From an uncultured Chloroflexia bacterium (GTDB lineage Bacteria > Chloroflexota > Chloroflexia > Thermomicrobiales > UBA6265), in assembly GCA_963724295.1 (NCBI GenBank), contig CAVRUC010000013.1, forward strand, positions 512,001 through 576,000: 64,000 bases of DNA, read 5' to 3'. Both the position numbers and the translations under genes were made by a program. Position 1 is the first letter of the stretch. Each line of letters begins with the position of its first letter. Below the pieces are notes generated by a model. The model worked only from the letters and a program-made list of their open reading frames with translations. It did no database searches and had not been told where the DNA came from. This document shows positions 1-9,442 of the stretch, one piece after another.

Positions 1-552
1 ATCGTCTCGCGATTCAGCGGGCCGAGCGGTCACGACGCGCAGCGGACGTGGAGAGCGCACCTCGTCGGCGGCCATGACGGCGCTGGGATCGGCAACGATG
101 ATCAATTCATCCCCGATGGCCTGAATCTCGCCGGCCGCGATGCTACCGTGCTCACCGGATCCCGCCGCGATCACATCCAGCGCCGTCAGCCGGTGCGAGG
201 CATCGCCGAACTGAATGGTCGCGACGTGCCCCAGGCACGTTCCGCTTTCGGTCATCACCGTGCGTCTGAGTAGTTCCTCGAGATCGATCAAGTCGCCGCG
301 TCTGGCCTCGACGGCGAGGTCGCTGTGCACCACCGAGATATCGCTGATGGTGACGGCATCCGGGCCGAAGGCGTGGACGTCCGCGATCTCCACCAGCCCC
401 GATGTCCCGCCGCCAAAGAGCCCACCCTTGTGAAAGGTGAAGCCGACGACGGCCAGGCGGGCCGGATCGAAGTAGACGTGATCGATAGCGCCGAGCGTCG
501 AACCGTCGGCAAGACTGATAACCGGCGTTCCCTTGACCAGCCGCGTGGTCAT
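1..552 (-). CDS. Tandem PRC-barrel domain protein (YrrD-like), runs off the window edge
   Basis: Manual translation MTTRLVKGTPVISLADGSTLGAIDHVYFDPARLAVVGF...LLRRTVMTESGTCLGHV shows two PRC-like repeats. GAGGAGG RBS precedes the ATG at 552. Absent from the ORF track because there is no stop in the window. Confidence 0.8.
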   Translation of the reverse strand, partial: MTTRLVKGTPVISLADGSTLGAIDHVYFDPARLAVVGFTFHKGGLFGGGTSGLVEIADVHAFGPDAVTISDISVVHSDLAVEARRGDLIDLEELLRRTVMTESGTCLGHVATIQFGDASHRLTALDVIAAGSGEHGSIAAGEIQAIGDELIIVADPSAVMAADEVRSPRPLRVVTARPAESRDD

Positions 553-812
553 AGCGTCCTCCTCATTGCACCTGCGTTGTCATGCGGGACACCGGTGAGA
601 ACGCAGAATTGGTGCCACGGAGTCACCGAGCGGATGCGAGCATCGCCTCGTTGCGGTCCCGAGCCGCTGCCGCATCCTGCCTGACTCGGACTGAAGAGCC
701 GCGCCAGGGCGTGGCGATCGTGCGTCGCGAGACTCATGTCAAGCTCTTTCGCGTTCGGGTGCCAAGCCCAGCTTCCACCACTCATCTGATGTGAGGACCG
801 CTGGGCCGTGAT

Positions 813-1259
813 CTACGTGACGCGCGTGTAGGTGAGGTCGAAGTCATGGTCCCAGCGCGAGCCATCGCTCGACTTCTCCCACCGGGCCGCGATCGTCGAG
901 CCGTCATCGCTGAGCGTGCCGGTGAAGCGCTGCGAAAATTCCGGGGCTGACCGCCACTGCTTCCACACGCCGTCGCCAAAGCTCATCTCGTAGATCCGGG
1001 AGACACCCCGCGCGTCGAAATAGAGCATGGAGTAGGTCTCAGTCTTTTCGTCGCGGCCGATGACGGCGACGGACCCGGAAGGACCCGACCACTCGACCCC
1101 CGCCCGCATCACCAGGAACGCTCCTCCTTCTAGCCATTCGAACGAGACAGTGCCGCGCACGGGGGTCTCGGGATCAGCTGGAAACGCAATCTCGACGCTC
1201 CACTCACCAACCAACGGCTCGAGGTCGCTGAGGGCGGGATTCGGCGTCTGGGGCTCCAT
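813..1259 (-). CDS. Conserved hypothetical beta-barrel protein (DUF1579-like)
   Basis: LEPLVGEW, FEWLEGGAFL, YFDARGVSRIY and WDHDFDLTYTR motifs. Confidence 0.65.
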   Translation of the reverse strand: MEPQTPNPALSDLEPLVGEWSVEIAFPADPETPVRGTVSFEWLEGGAFLVMRAGVEWSGPSGSVAVIGRDEKTETYSMLYFDARGVSRIYEMSFGDGVWKQWRSAPEFSQRFTGTLSDDGSTIAARWEKSSDGSRWDHDFDLTYTRVT

Positions 1260-1399
1260 TAGCTAACTAATCCTTTCGCTGTCGACGCGGTTGGCCACGG
1301 CGCCGCGGCTCTAAAGCACCGGCAGCTCGCGTGCCCTGCTCTTCAATCTCAAGGTGGACGATGCAACGGAAAGCAGACACCAGGACCACCTCAGGCCGT

Positions 1400-2579
1400 C
1401 TATCCAGGCGGAGCAAGCAGACGATAGACGGCTCCCTGAATGTCGACGACGTAGAGCTCGCCGGCGGCATCTTCACCGAATGAGCTTATCCGCAGCCCGG
1501 TCTCGACGGGGTCCAGCCGCGTCCAGGTGGTGCCTGCGTCTCGGGACCAGCCCCCAGACCCGGCCGCTGCAGTAGTCGGCGAACAGGTAGATGCCTTCCA
1601 GCTCCGGCATCTCAGTTCCTCGGTAGACATAACCGCCGGTGACGACACAGCCCTCATCATGGTCGAATCCGGAGACGGGCGCCACGAACTCGTCGCAGCC
1701 TCCTTCGGCGCGGCACTCATGTCCCTCCATCAAATTCCAGCCGTAGTTCTCGCCCCCCGGGCTCGCCGCCGGTTGGTAGCTCACTTCCTCGTAGGTGCCC
1801 GACCCGACGTCCCCGATCCACAGATCACCCGTGACCCGATCGAAACTGAAGCGCCACGGATTGCGCACCCCGTACGCCCAGATCTCGGGACGCGCCCCCG
1901 GCTGGTCGACGAAGGGGTTATCGGGCGGGATCCCATAGGGGAGGGTGCTGGATGGCCTGTCGACGTCGATGCGCAGGATCTTGCCGAGCACGGTGCTCAG
2001 ATCCTGGCCATTCTGGCCGTTGCCGCCACCCCCATCACCGAGCCCGATGTAGAGATAGCCGTCCCGCGGCCCAAAGAGGAGCAGACCGCCATTGTGGTTC
2101 GCCGCCGGTTGGTCGACGGTCAGGATCACCTCGGCACTCGCCGGGTCAGCGCGATTCGGATCCGTGGCCGAGACCTGATATCGAGCGACGACGGTGTCGC
2201 CGTTCGTGTCGGTGTAGTCGACGAACGACTCGCCATTGTTCGCGTAGTCGGGATGGAAGGCGACGCTGAGCAACCCGCGCTCGCCGCAACAGCTGACCAG
2301 ATCGCTCAGGTCCAGGAACGGCTCGGGGAGGACCTGACCATCCTGGACGATGCGGATGCGCCCCGACTGCTCGACGACGAAGAGGCGGCCGCTGCCATCG
2401 CCCGCATCGACCACCTGGACGGGTTGATCGAAGCCGTTGGCCACCAGATCCAGGCCGAAGTCGACTACACCTGATTGGCGTGCCGCAATCCCCGTTCGCC
2501 CGGCCAGGACGACAGCAACCGCAACCGCAAGTGCAAGTGCAACGTGAAGGAGCCCAACACGCGCGACGAGCCTCAGCAA
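1400..2579 (-). CDS. Exported PQQ-dependent sugar dehydrogenase (GSDH family), frameshifted near 1545
   Basis: [28 protein letters not shown] and ADYCSG motifs. The C-terminal [13 protein letters not shown] lies in ORF 1400..1720; one extra C in GTCCCGA explains the shift. Confidence 0.9.
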
Positions 2580-2589
2580 CCGAGTCGCC

Positions 2590-2931
2590 TCAGGAGTCCG
2601 CCGGCTCGCTCTGAGCCGTCGTGCCGGCGATGCGCAGCAGCTCCACCGCTGGTGGCTCCAGCAGGATCGTGCTCAGATCACGCAACCAGGCCCGGGTGCT
2701 GTCCTCACCGCCCACCCCTTCCTCGCGGAAGACCTCGAAGGCGTCCAGCGTGGGCAGCCCCAGCTCGTACTGGAGAGCGGGGCCGCCCTGTGGTCGCGTC
2801 AGCGGCACGAGCAGCCGCGCCTCCAGTCCCTGCCCTCGCGCGGCCTCGACCTCCTGCTCGAGCAGGGCCAGGGCTCGCTCTCGATCGACCGGTTTGATGC
2901 TGTACGAAAAGCGCGCGACGAACTTGGACAT
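2590..2931 (-). CDS. Small hypothetical protein, possibly dimeric alpha-beta barrel (NIPSNAP-like)
   Basis: 113-aa ORF with host-like codon use, stop 10 bp before the GSDH start. Confidence 0.6.
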   Translation of the reverse strand: MSKFVARFSYSIKPVDRERALALLEQEVEAARGQGLEARLLVPLTRPQGGPALQYELGLPTLDAFEVFREEGVGGEDSTRAWLRDLSTILLEPPAVELLRIAGTTAQSEPADS

Positions 2932-3318
2932 CTGTCACCCCAGGAGGAGAGTAGCCCGGAAACGATCCATCAGTCGGACTTCCGGCGAATACAGTCCACG
3001 ACCCTGGATCCGGTCACGCAGGGCGCGTGCCGCGACGGTTTCGGAGGGACACTCCGAACCTCCGCGACGGCTCCGATGGTCCGAGTCACGACTCAACAAA
3101 GGCGAGCAAAGTGGTTGTGGTGCTGTCGGAGACGAGTGTGCGCCGATCAAGTCATTAATGATCTAGGGAAGGCAGCATTAATGCACCGCGTGTTCCGAAA
3201 TAGAAGCCAGTTGCGATATAGCCCTATGTTGAACTCAAAGGGTCTATTCTGATTCGACATATCAGGACTGACAGTGCTACGAGCTCTTGACCTATGTTCT
3301 CTTTGTCCATGTGTTTTC

Positions 3319-3377
3319 TGCTAGGATCACTGCATAGGTTTGCCATCGCGCGACAATGCGGCAACAAGGAGACGATC
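3319..3377 (+). promoter_or_regulatory. Putative extended -10 promoter and leader of AT-hook gene 1
   Basis: TGCTAGGATCAC and AATGCGGCAA(C/T)AAGGAGAC are conserved upstream of both paralogs (second copy about 20546-20593, minus strand). Confidence 0.5.
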
Positions 3378-3773
3378 ATGCCCGTCAAGATAGGCACATT
3401 TGGACCGCTGTCCGAGGCCGAATTCACCGAGTTGCAGCAACGAAAAGCTCGCAAGGGGGACCCGGCCATGACCGCCCTCCTCGACGAGATCGCCACTGGC
3501 CAACCAGTGCGCGTGCCCCTGGTGGAGGGGCAGAGCGCCCGCGGCCTGCGCACCGCCATCAGCCGGGCGGCAACCAGCCGCGGCCTCTCCGTGGAGACCG
3601 TCGAGGGGGACGGCTTCGTCGCCGCGCGAAAGGTCGACGAGCCGAGAAAGCGGAGGGGGGCTCAGGCGTCATCGCAAGAAGGGCAACGACGGCGGGGCCG
3701 TCCACCCAAGCGCCGGGACCAGGACGCGGCCGAGATCGCCTCGTTGCGGGATCTGGCCGCGGGAGAGAGCTAA
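3378..3773 (+). CDS. Small basic AT-hook protein, copy 1 (putative DNA-binding protein)
   Basis: AAGGAG RBS, MPVKIG...GQRRRGRPPKR; close paralog at 20201..20545. Confidence 0.8.
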   Translation: MPVKIGTFGPLSEAEFTELQQRKARKGDPAMTALLDEIATGQPVRVPLVEGQSARGLRTAISRAATSRGLSVETVEGDGFVAARKVDEPRKRRGAQASSQEGQRRRGRPPKRRDQDAAEIASLRDLAAGES

Positions 3774-3867
3774 GCACTTTCGGGCAGTTGTTGGCATGAA
3801 CTGCCTCTTCCCATAAACCCGGCCACCCAGAAGTCAGCAACACTCTGCTCCAATGTCCCCATGAAAA

Positions 3868-3944
3868 GGACACGCACCGTCGCTTCGCCTGTCATCCTCC
3901 GCTACGAAAGCGAGGACGAACTGGTGCGGATTGTTCCGAACTGA
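3868..3944 (+). repeat. Peptide-tail repeat T1 (SPVILRYESEDELVRIVPN*)
   Basis: Shares GG-CA-GCACC, TCATCCTCCG and GGTGCGG blocks with T7, and 30/45 nt with T2. An in-frame ATG at 3861 gives a 27-aa ORF. Confidence 0.55.
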
Positions 3945-4103
3945 CCACACGCCGGGTCGCGGTCTGACAGAACTTGCCACTGCGATATCGATGTTGACGT
4001 GAGAGACAATCGAGACTCGTGATCTGGCATGGAGATTGCACAGGCAGCATCATCGAGCCAAGCGCTCGCCTCGCCACCGATGTCAAGAAAAGAAGGGGAT
4101 GCA

Positions 4104-5854
4104 ATGAAGCCTCGCCTGTCCTGTTCATCGCACGTCATGACCCGCGTCATTGCAGTCCTCGCGCTGTTGGCGCTCCTCCTCCCGTCACTGTCCGCTGTCT
4201 CGGTCGCGCAGGAGCCGGCTGGCGGCAAAGTCTTACGCATTCACCAGATCTTCTGGCCAGATGTGCTCGATCCGAATAAGAGCTCCTATGCGGAGGAGAT
4301 CGCCGTCTCCTCCCTTGACTATGAAGGGCTGACCCGCTTTGACGAGGATCTCCAGACCGTGCCGGCGGCCGCTGAGTCGTGGGAGTTCAACGCCGACGGC
4401 ACCGTCCTCACTTTCCACCTGCGGGAGAACCTGACCTATAGCGATGGCTCCCCATTGACTGCTGAGCGCTTCCGATTCGCGCTTGAGCGCTCATGCGATC
4501 CGAATACCGCCGCCATCTACGCCTCGATCCTCTTTGATATCGTCGGCTGTGAGGACTTCTTTACCAGTCTCACACCACCCGAACCGTCCGAGGCTGCTGC
4601 TGCACGCCTGGAGCAGTCGAGGCTGGCTCCGCTGATGCCTACGAGGCGGCGAAGGCCGCACTTGGCGTGCGGGCCTTGGACGACCAGACTCTGGAGGTGC
4701 GCCTCACGCATCCGGCACCCTACTTCCCAACCGTGGCCGCGACCTGGGTGTTCTACCCCGTTAAGCAGGAATCGCTCGCCGCCGGTGAGAATTGGGCGCG
4801 GGACCCCACCCAGCGGATCGGCAACGGACCATTCCGTATGACTGACTTTGCCAGCGAGCAACAGATCGGCTTCGCAGCCAACGAACAATACTGGGGCGGA
4901 CGCCCCAAGCTCGACGGAATTACCTACCTCTATGTCGATGATCCGGCAGTGGCCTTGGAAGCCTATCGGGTCGGGGATCTTGATATCACGCAGCTGGGGC
5001 CGGCACAGATCACCGAGGTTGAGTCTGATCCGACCCTCAGCCAGCAGCTGCTGAAGTACCCGACGGCAGTGACGATCAATATCATGTTTGATCTGAAACA
5101 GGAGCCGTTCCAGGACCAGAAGGTGCGCGAGGCCTTCGCGTATGCCTTCGACCGGGAGACCTACTGCGCAGAGCTGCGTAGTGGTGACTGCCTGCCAACC
5201 CTGTCTTGGATTCCCCCTGGGGTCCCTGGCTACATTGAAACGGATGCGTTCGCCTTCGATCCCGACAAGGCCCGGGAGGCGCTCGCCGCGTCCTCGTATG
5301 GCGGGCCTGAGAACCTCCCTGAAGTCACCTATTTCTTCCTGGCCGACGATCCAGCAGAAGCCGACCGCGCGCAGTGGCTGGCAGAGCAGTATCGCGACGT
5401 GCTCGGAATTGATCTGTCGCTGGAGCCGGTCGATAGCACAACCCTGGCGTCGATGAGCAAGGACGCGCAGAGCTTCCCGCAGGTCTCGCTGCAAGGCTGG
5501 GCACAAGACTATCCCGACCCGCAGAACTGGCTGAGCATCTACTGGACGTGTAACGCGACCCTCTTTGCCGCGCTTGCCGGCTACTGCAACGAGGAGTTTG
5601 ACGCCCTCATCGCCCAGGCCGATCAGGAGCTGGACCCGGAAAAGCGGTTGGGCCTGTATGAGGAGGCAGGGCGGATGCTGGTGGAGGACGCCCCGGGCGT
5701 CTTCGCGTTCAATCTAGCCACCGTGGTGCTGATCAACCCGGAGGTCACCGGGTACACGGCCACGCCAAGTGATACCTTCTACCCCGGTCAGTGGGCTTCG
5801 CTCCTGACGCTTGATATGGCTGCCGATGGAGAGGCAACACCGGTCTCGGGGTAG
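4104..5854 (+). CDS. Oligopeptide ABC transporter substrate-binding protein (OppA family), frameshifted near 4603
   Basis: Signal peptide; PAAAESW, LTFHLRENLTYSDG, GNGPF, VREAFAYAFDR and WAQDYPDP motifs across ORFs 4029..4841 and 4667..5854. No permeases nearby. Confidence 0.9.
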
Positions 5855-5963
5855 CGTTCGCGTGGCTACAGCCGTGCAACTATTCAACACCCGGGACGCA
5901 TGGTGACCAGGGTGATCGGATGCCTCCCTGGGCATCTACGGGACTCAATCGAATTGGTTCAAC

Positions 5964-5991
5964 GAGGGGCGGCCATAGCCGCCCCTCTTCT
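5964..5991 (+). terminator. Probable intrinsic terminator hairpin
   Basis: GAGGGGCGGC-CATA-GCCGCCCCTC followed by TTCT. Confidence 0.5.
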
Positions 5992-6082
5992 CATGCTGCG
6001 ATTCGTCCCCGAGGATTGAGCCTGGAAGGCTTGCTAACCTACAGGGCACGAGCGCGTTCGACTCATCGACGGTCTCTGACAT

Positions 6083-6156
6083 GGACAGATACCGTCGCTC
6101 CGCTCCTGTTCCTGCGTAACGACGGTGGCGAGTTCGTAGTCAAGGCTGACGATTGA
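6083..6156 (+). repeat. Peptide-tail repeat T2 (TVAPLLFLRNDGGEFVVKADD*), degenerate
   Basis: 30/45 nt match to 3868-3912. It is preceded by CTCATCGACGG, which also precedes T5 on the minus strand. Confidence 0.45.
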
Positions 6157-6621
6157 CCCTGGTCCGTAGCGAAGTGCGTAGTGCACTACCGACCCCGGCG
6201 AATCCGCACGAGCCAGCTGGCCGCGACTCTGGGCACGTCGTCAGTACGGGTGACGGGTCTTCGCTGCCACAATCCTGCTACGGCGCTGGTGGTGCCGCGA
6301 GGCCTGGCCCCACGTCGGCCCGCGCGACCATTCCTCCTGCTACTCCCCTGTAGTGCCAATGAAGCGAGAGAAGGGGCCGATGGCCGGGATCAAACTGACC
6401 CCTTCACCCAGGTCTGTTGCTCCCGATCCCATCAATTATCAAACCGAAAAATTCGCAACAAAAAATGGAAAAAAATAACTTCCTTATACTTGCGTTAATC
6501 AATCGCATCCAGCAGACTGCGAGCAACCCTAGGATCAAGCGCCTTTTCGGGGATTGCCAAGTTCCCCGATTGCGACAACGGAGAGACGCTCTGAGCTCGA
6601 GGAAGCGAATAGGAGACGCCC

Positions 6622-7631
6622 ATGCGCAGCCAAATTCGATTCGTTCCGCCGTCCGCTGCTGCCTCGATTCGCATCATCGTCCTCCTTGCCTGTGTCATCG
6701 TCACGAGCTGGGTGGGGATCCGGCCGGTACCGGCTGATGCGGCGAGCACGGGCTCGGTTACGGCGCGGACCTACATCTGTCCCGACACGATTTCGTTGAT
6801 CGCGGTCCAGCATGCAACGGCTCCCGACGCCTTGCTGGCGGCTTGCAATCCCATGCGCTCGGCTTTTCGTACCCACAACTGCGCGCGGTTCCCGGCGGCA
6901 CGCCCACCGCGGGCTCCGCGTTCGCACCGGGCGTCATTCTCTGGAGCGGGCTCGCCTTCGGGACGTATGACTTCGGGGGCGGCAACGCCCCCTCCGGCTT
7001 CGGCGGCATGATCGTCACCAATGGCGCCGCCGTTCCGGTGGACGATCAAGAGAACTCGCCGGTCACCATTGACAGCTCACGGCCGCACGTCGAACGACGT
7101 TTCTACTTTTTCACACCAGCGAGCGCGGACGTGGGGTCGATCATCCTGACGCTCTATCGATGTCCAAACGCCACCCCACTGAACACGACCGCCTGCACAT
7201 TGATGACCGCTCCGCCGATCGACGTCGCCGGCATCTTCCAACCCGGCTGGACGGAGGCGAGTCTCTCCGGCTTCGTCAATGGCCAGGCATCCTGGTATGG
7301 GATTCCGTACGGGGAATACACCGTCGGCTACGGCGGTCTGGTCGACATCGGCGAGATGGCAGCCATCCCCGAGATCGGTTGCGTTGCGCCTGACGGCTGT
7401 CAGGTCACGATCGACAGCACGGCCGCGGTCGCCGATCTGGAGCTCTTCGTCTACCCCCTCCCCTCTGGCACTGGCTTCGCCGACCATGACGGTGACGGGC
7501 TGACCAATAACCAGGAATCAGTGCTGGGCACCAATCCGCTCAATCCCGACACTGACGGCGACGGGGTTTCCGATGGCGACGAGTTCGACGCCGGCTTCGA
7601 TCCACTCGATCCTTCGAAAACTCCGTCATGA
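6622..7631 (+). CDS. Exported protein with Cys-containing repeats and C-terminal DxDGDG calcium-binding (TSP3-like) repeats, frameshifted near 6866
   Basis: AGGAG RBS, signal peptide, TYICP and LYRCP repeats, DHDGDGL...[12 protein letters not shown]. One T is missing in a T-run. Confidence 0.75.
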
Positions 7632-7659
7632 TCCCGTGACGCTGAACGGGCCCCGTTTC

Positions 7660-7800
7660 CGGCCTTATGGGCCCGCGCCCGGGAAATCGATTGAGGCGTT
7701 TTGTGTCGCCGCGGAAGAAGACGCGAAGGTTCAGGATCGCGTACCACTCCGCGGGCACGAGCCCGTCGTCCAGGTAGGGCATGAGGCCCTCATGCTCAAC
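7660..7800 (-). pseudogene. Gene fragment resembling DUF7002 (DarT-related) proteins
   Basis: YLDDGLVPAEWYAILNLRVFFR...RLNR resembles the EWY..LN.RVFFW motif as I recall it. No proper start or full-length ORF. Confidence 0.35.
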
Positions 7801-7880
7801 GGAATGGTGTCGGTGACGATCGCCTCCCCTGGTCGGGCAGCGAATTGGCGTCGTTGACGATGGAGTACGCCGCATGAGCT

Positions 7881-9071
7881 TTGATGGCCGCCTTCGTTCC
7901 ACATGAACCGAGAAGACAGCGCCAGGGAGTGGCACTCTGCCTCTCGGGAGGCGGCTTCCGGGCGGCCGTGTTTCATCTTGGCGCGCTGCGCCGCTTGAAC
8001 GAGCTGGGCATTCTTTCCCAGGTTGATCTGATTTCGTCCGTTTCCGGTGGCAGCATTTTCGCTGCCCATCTGGCTGAACGAATCCCGATCTGGCCGGAGG
8101 CTGGGGACACGATAGCGACGTGGGATGAAGCCGTGGCTGCCCCTTTCCGCTCCTTCGTGCAACGCAACCGCAGAACGGGTCCGGTGCTTCGGCGACTGAT
8201 TCCAACCAACTGGACCAGACCAGGCACGGCCATCGAGGCATTGGGAACGCTGTTTGAGCGTGAGCTGACACGCCTCCCGTTGCGCGAGCTCCCTCAGAGG
8301 CCGCGCTTCATCTTCTCGGCAACGGATATGACTTTTGGCACCAACTGGATCTTTGAGCGGGACCGGATCGGGAACTTCCAGGCGGGATACGGTTCGCCAC
8401 CTCCTTCATGGACGGTTGCTCGCGCTGTCGCTGCTTCATCCTGCTTTCCACCGGTCTTCGATCCCATGCCGTTGCACCTGGAGCCGCACCAACTGCGAGG
8501 TGGCTCTGCTCACCAGGCCAATCGCGACGAGCTTGTCGCACGCATTTCCCTGACAGATGGAGGCGTCTATGACAACCTGGGCCTGGAGCCGGTGTGGAAG
8601 ACGGCGAAGATCGTGCTGGTGTCCGACGGTGGAGCGCCTTTCGGCCATGAATCAGATCCCGGCGTCATCAGGAGACTGTTCCGGTACACGTCAATCATCG
8701 GGAATCAGGCAGCGGCGATTCGCAAACGCTGGCTGATCGCTGCCCTGGCGACCGGTCGGCTCGAAGGCGCGTACTGGGGCGTGGGCAGTGCGGCCGAACA
8801 ACAAGGTGCGTCAGAAGGCTATTCACTCGATCTCGTGACAGACGTGATTGCCAAAGTAAGAACCGACCTCGACGCCTTCTCGCCAGCGGAGATACGCGTC
8901 CTGGAAAATCATGGGTACCTCATGGCCGAGGCAACAATACGGAGACGATCCCCACACCTCATCCAACGTGATGCTCCCCCCACCGTGCCGCACCCGGACT
9001 GGATGGACGGCGAACGAGTGCGGCATGCCCTGACCGGCAGCGACAAGCGCACGTTTCTCGGTCGATGGTGA
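7881..9071 (+). CDS. Patatin-like phospholipase
   Basis: LSGGGFRA, SVSGG nucleophile, AASSCFP and DGGVYDN motifs. Confidence 0.92.
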   Translation: MMAAFVPHEPRRQRQGVALCLSGGGFRAAVFHLGALRRLNELGILSQVDLISSVSGGSIFAAHLAERIPIWPEAGDTIATWDEAVAAPFRSFVQRNRRTGPVLRRLIPTNWTRPGTAIEALGTLFERELTRLPLRELPQRPRFIFSATDMTFGTNWIFERDRIGNFQAGYGSPPPSWTVARAVAASSCFPPVFDPMPLHLEPHQLRGGSAHQANRDELVARISLTDGGVYDNLGLEPVWKTAKIVLVSDGGAPFGHESDPGVIRRLFRYTSIIGNQAAAIRKRWLIAALATGRLEGAYWGVGSAAEQQGASEGYSLDLVTDVIAKVRTDLDAFSPAEIRVLENHGYLMAEATIRRRSPHLIQRDAPPTVPHPDWMDGERVRHALTGSDKRTFLGRW

Positions 9072-9102
9072 CGACATTTGATTGATCCCGGTTGGCTAGA
9101 TA

Positions 9103-9225
9103 TGGGAACCGGTGTCCGACGCGGAGTTCACTGCTCCGGGCATGAGAAGGCGCGGGACGAACCAGGGCATGGCCGCCCTCCTTGTTGAGTTCGAGACCGG
9201 CCGGCCAGTACGGGTGCAATGGGTG
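9103..9225 (+). pseudogene. Decayed third copy of the AT-hook protein gene (N-terminal half)
   Basis: PVSDAEFT...GMAALLVEFETGRPVRV aligns with PLSEAEFT...AMTALLDEIATGQPVRV. Confidence 0.65.
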
Positions 9226-9341
9226 GGTCAGGCTGGATCGGAGGCGGGGTGCAGCCACTTCGCAGACCCCGGGACGATGGTTCCGTCCAGCTCCATGACG
9301 TAGAACTCACGCTCGGGCGTGAAGATATAACGACGCGCACT

Positions 9342-9430
9342 CCGCATCGTCAGCGGTGAAGCGCAGTACGCTCAGGCCGCGACCTCCCAACCCCTGTCAC
9401 TTGTGCAGCGGAGGGTCAGGAGCAGTGCGG
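9342..9430 (-). repeat. Peptide-tail repeats T3 (VLRFTADDA) and T4 (LLLTLRCTSDRGWEVAA*), adjacent
   Basis: 9342-9363 is identical over 22 nt to 16162-16183. CTCAGGCCGCGA at 9371 is identical to 16141. Confidence 0.75.
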
Positions 9431-9442
9431 TTGAAAGCGGCA

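Noticed and set aside
1267..1350. PRRRGQPRRQRKD as a fourth AT-hook gene remnant
   Set aside because: The similarity is limited to a low-complexity basic patch that arises easily in GC-rich frames.
4590..4610. Programmed frameshifting in oppA and the other split genes
   Set aside because: No shared slippery heptamer or stimulatory structure, and these families are not known for recoding; assembly error is more likely.
7881..9071. Patatin as a CBASS CapV effector
   Set aside because: No CD-NTase or Cap2/Cap3 gene in the window.
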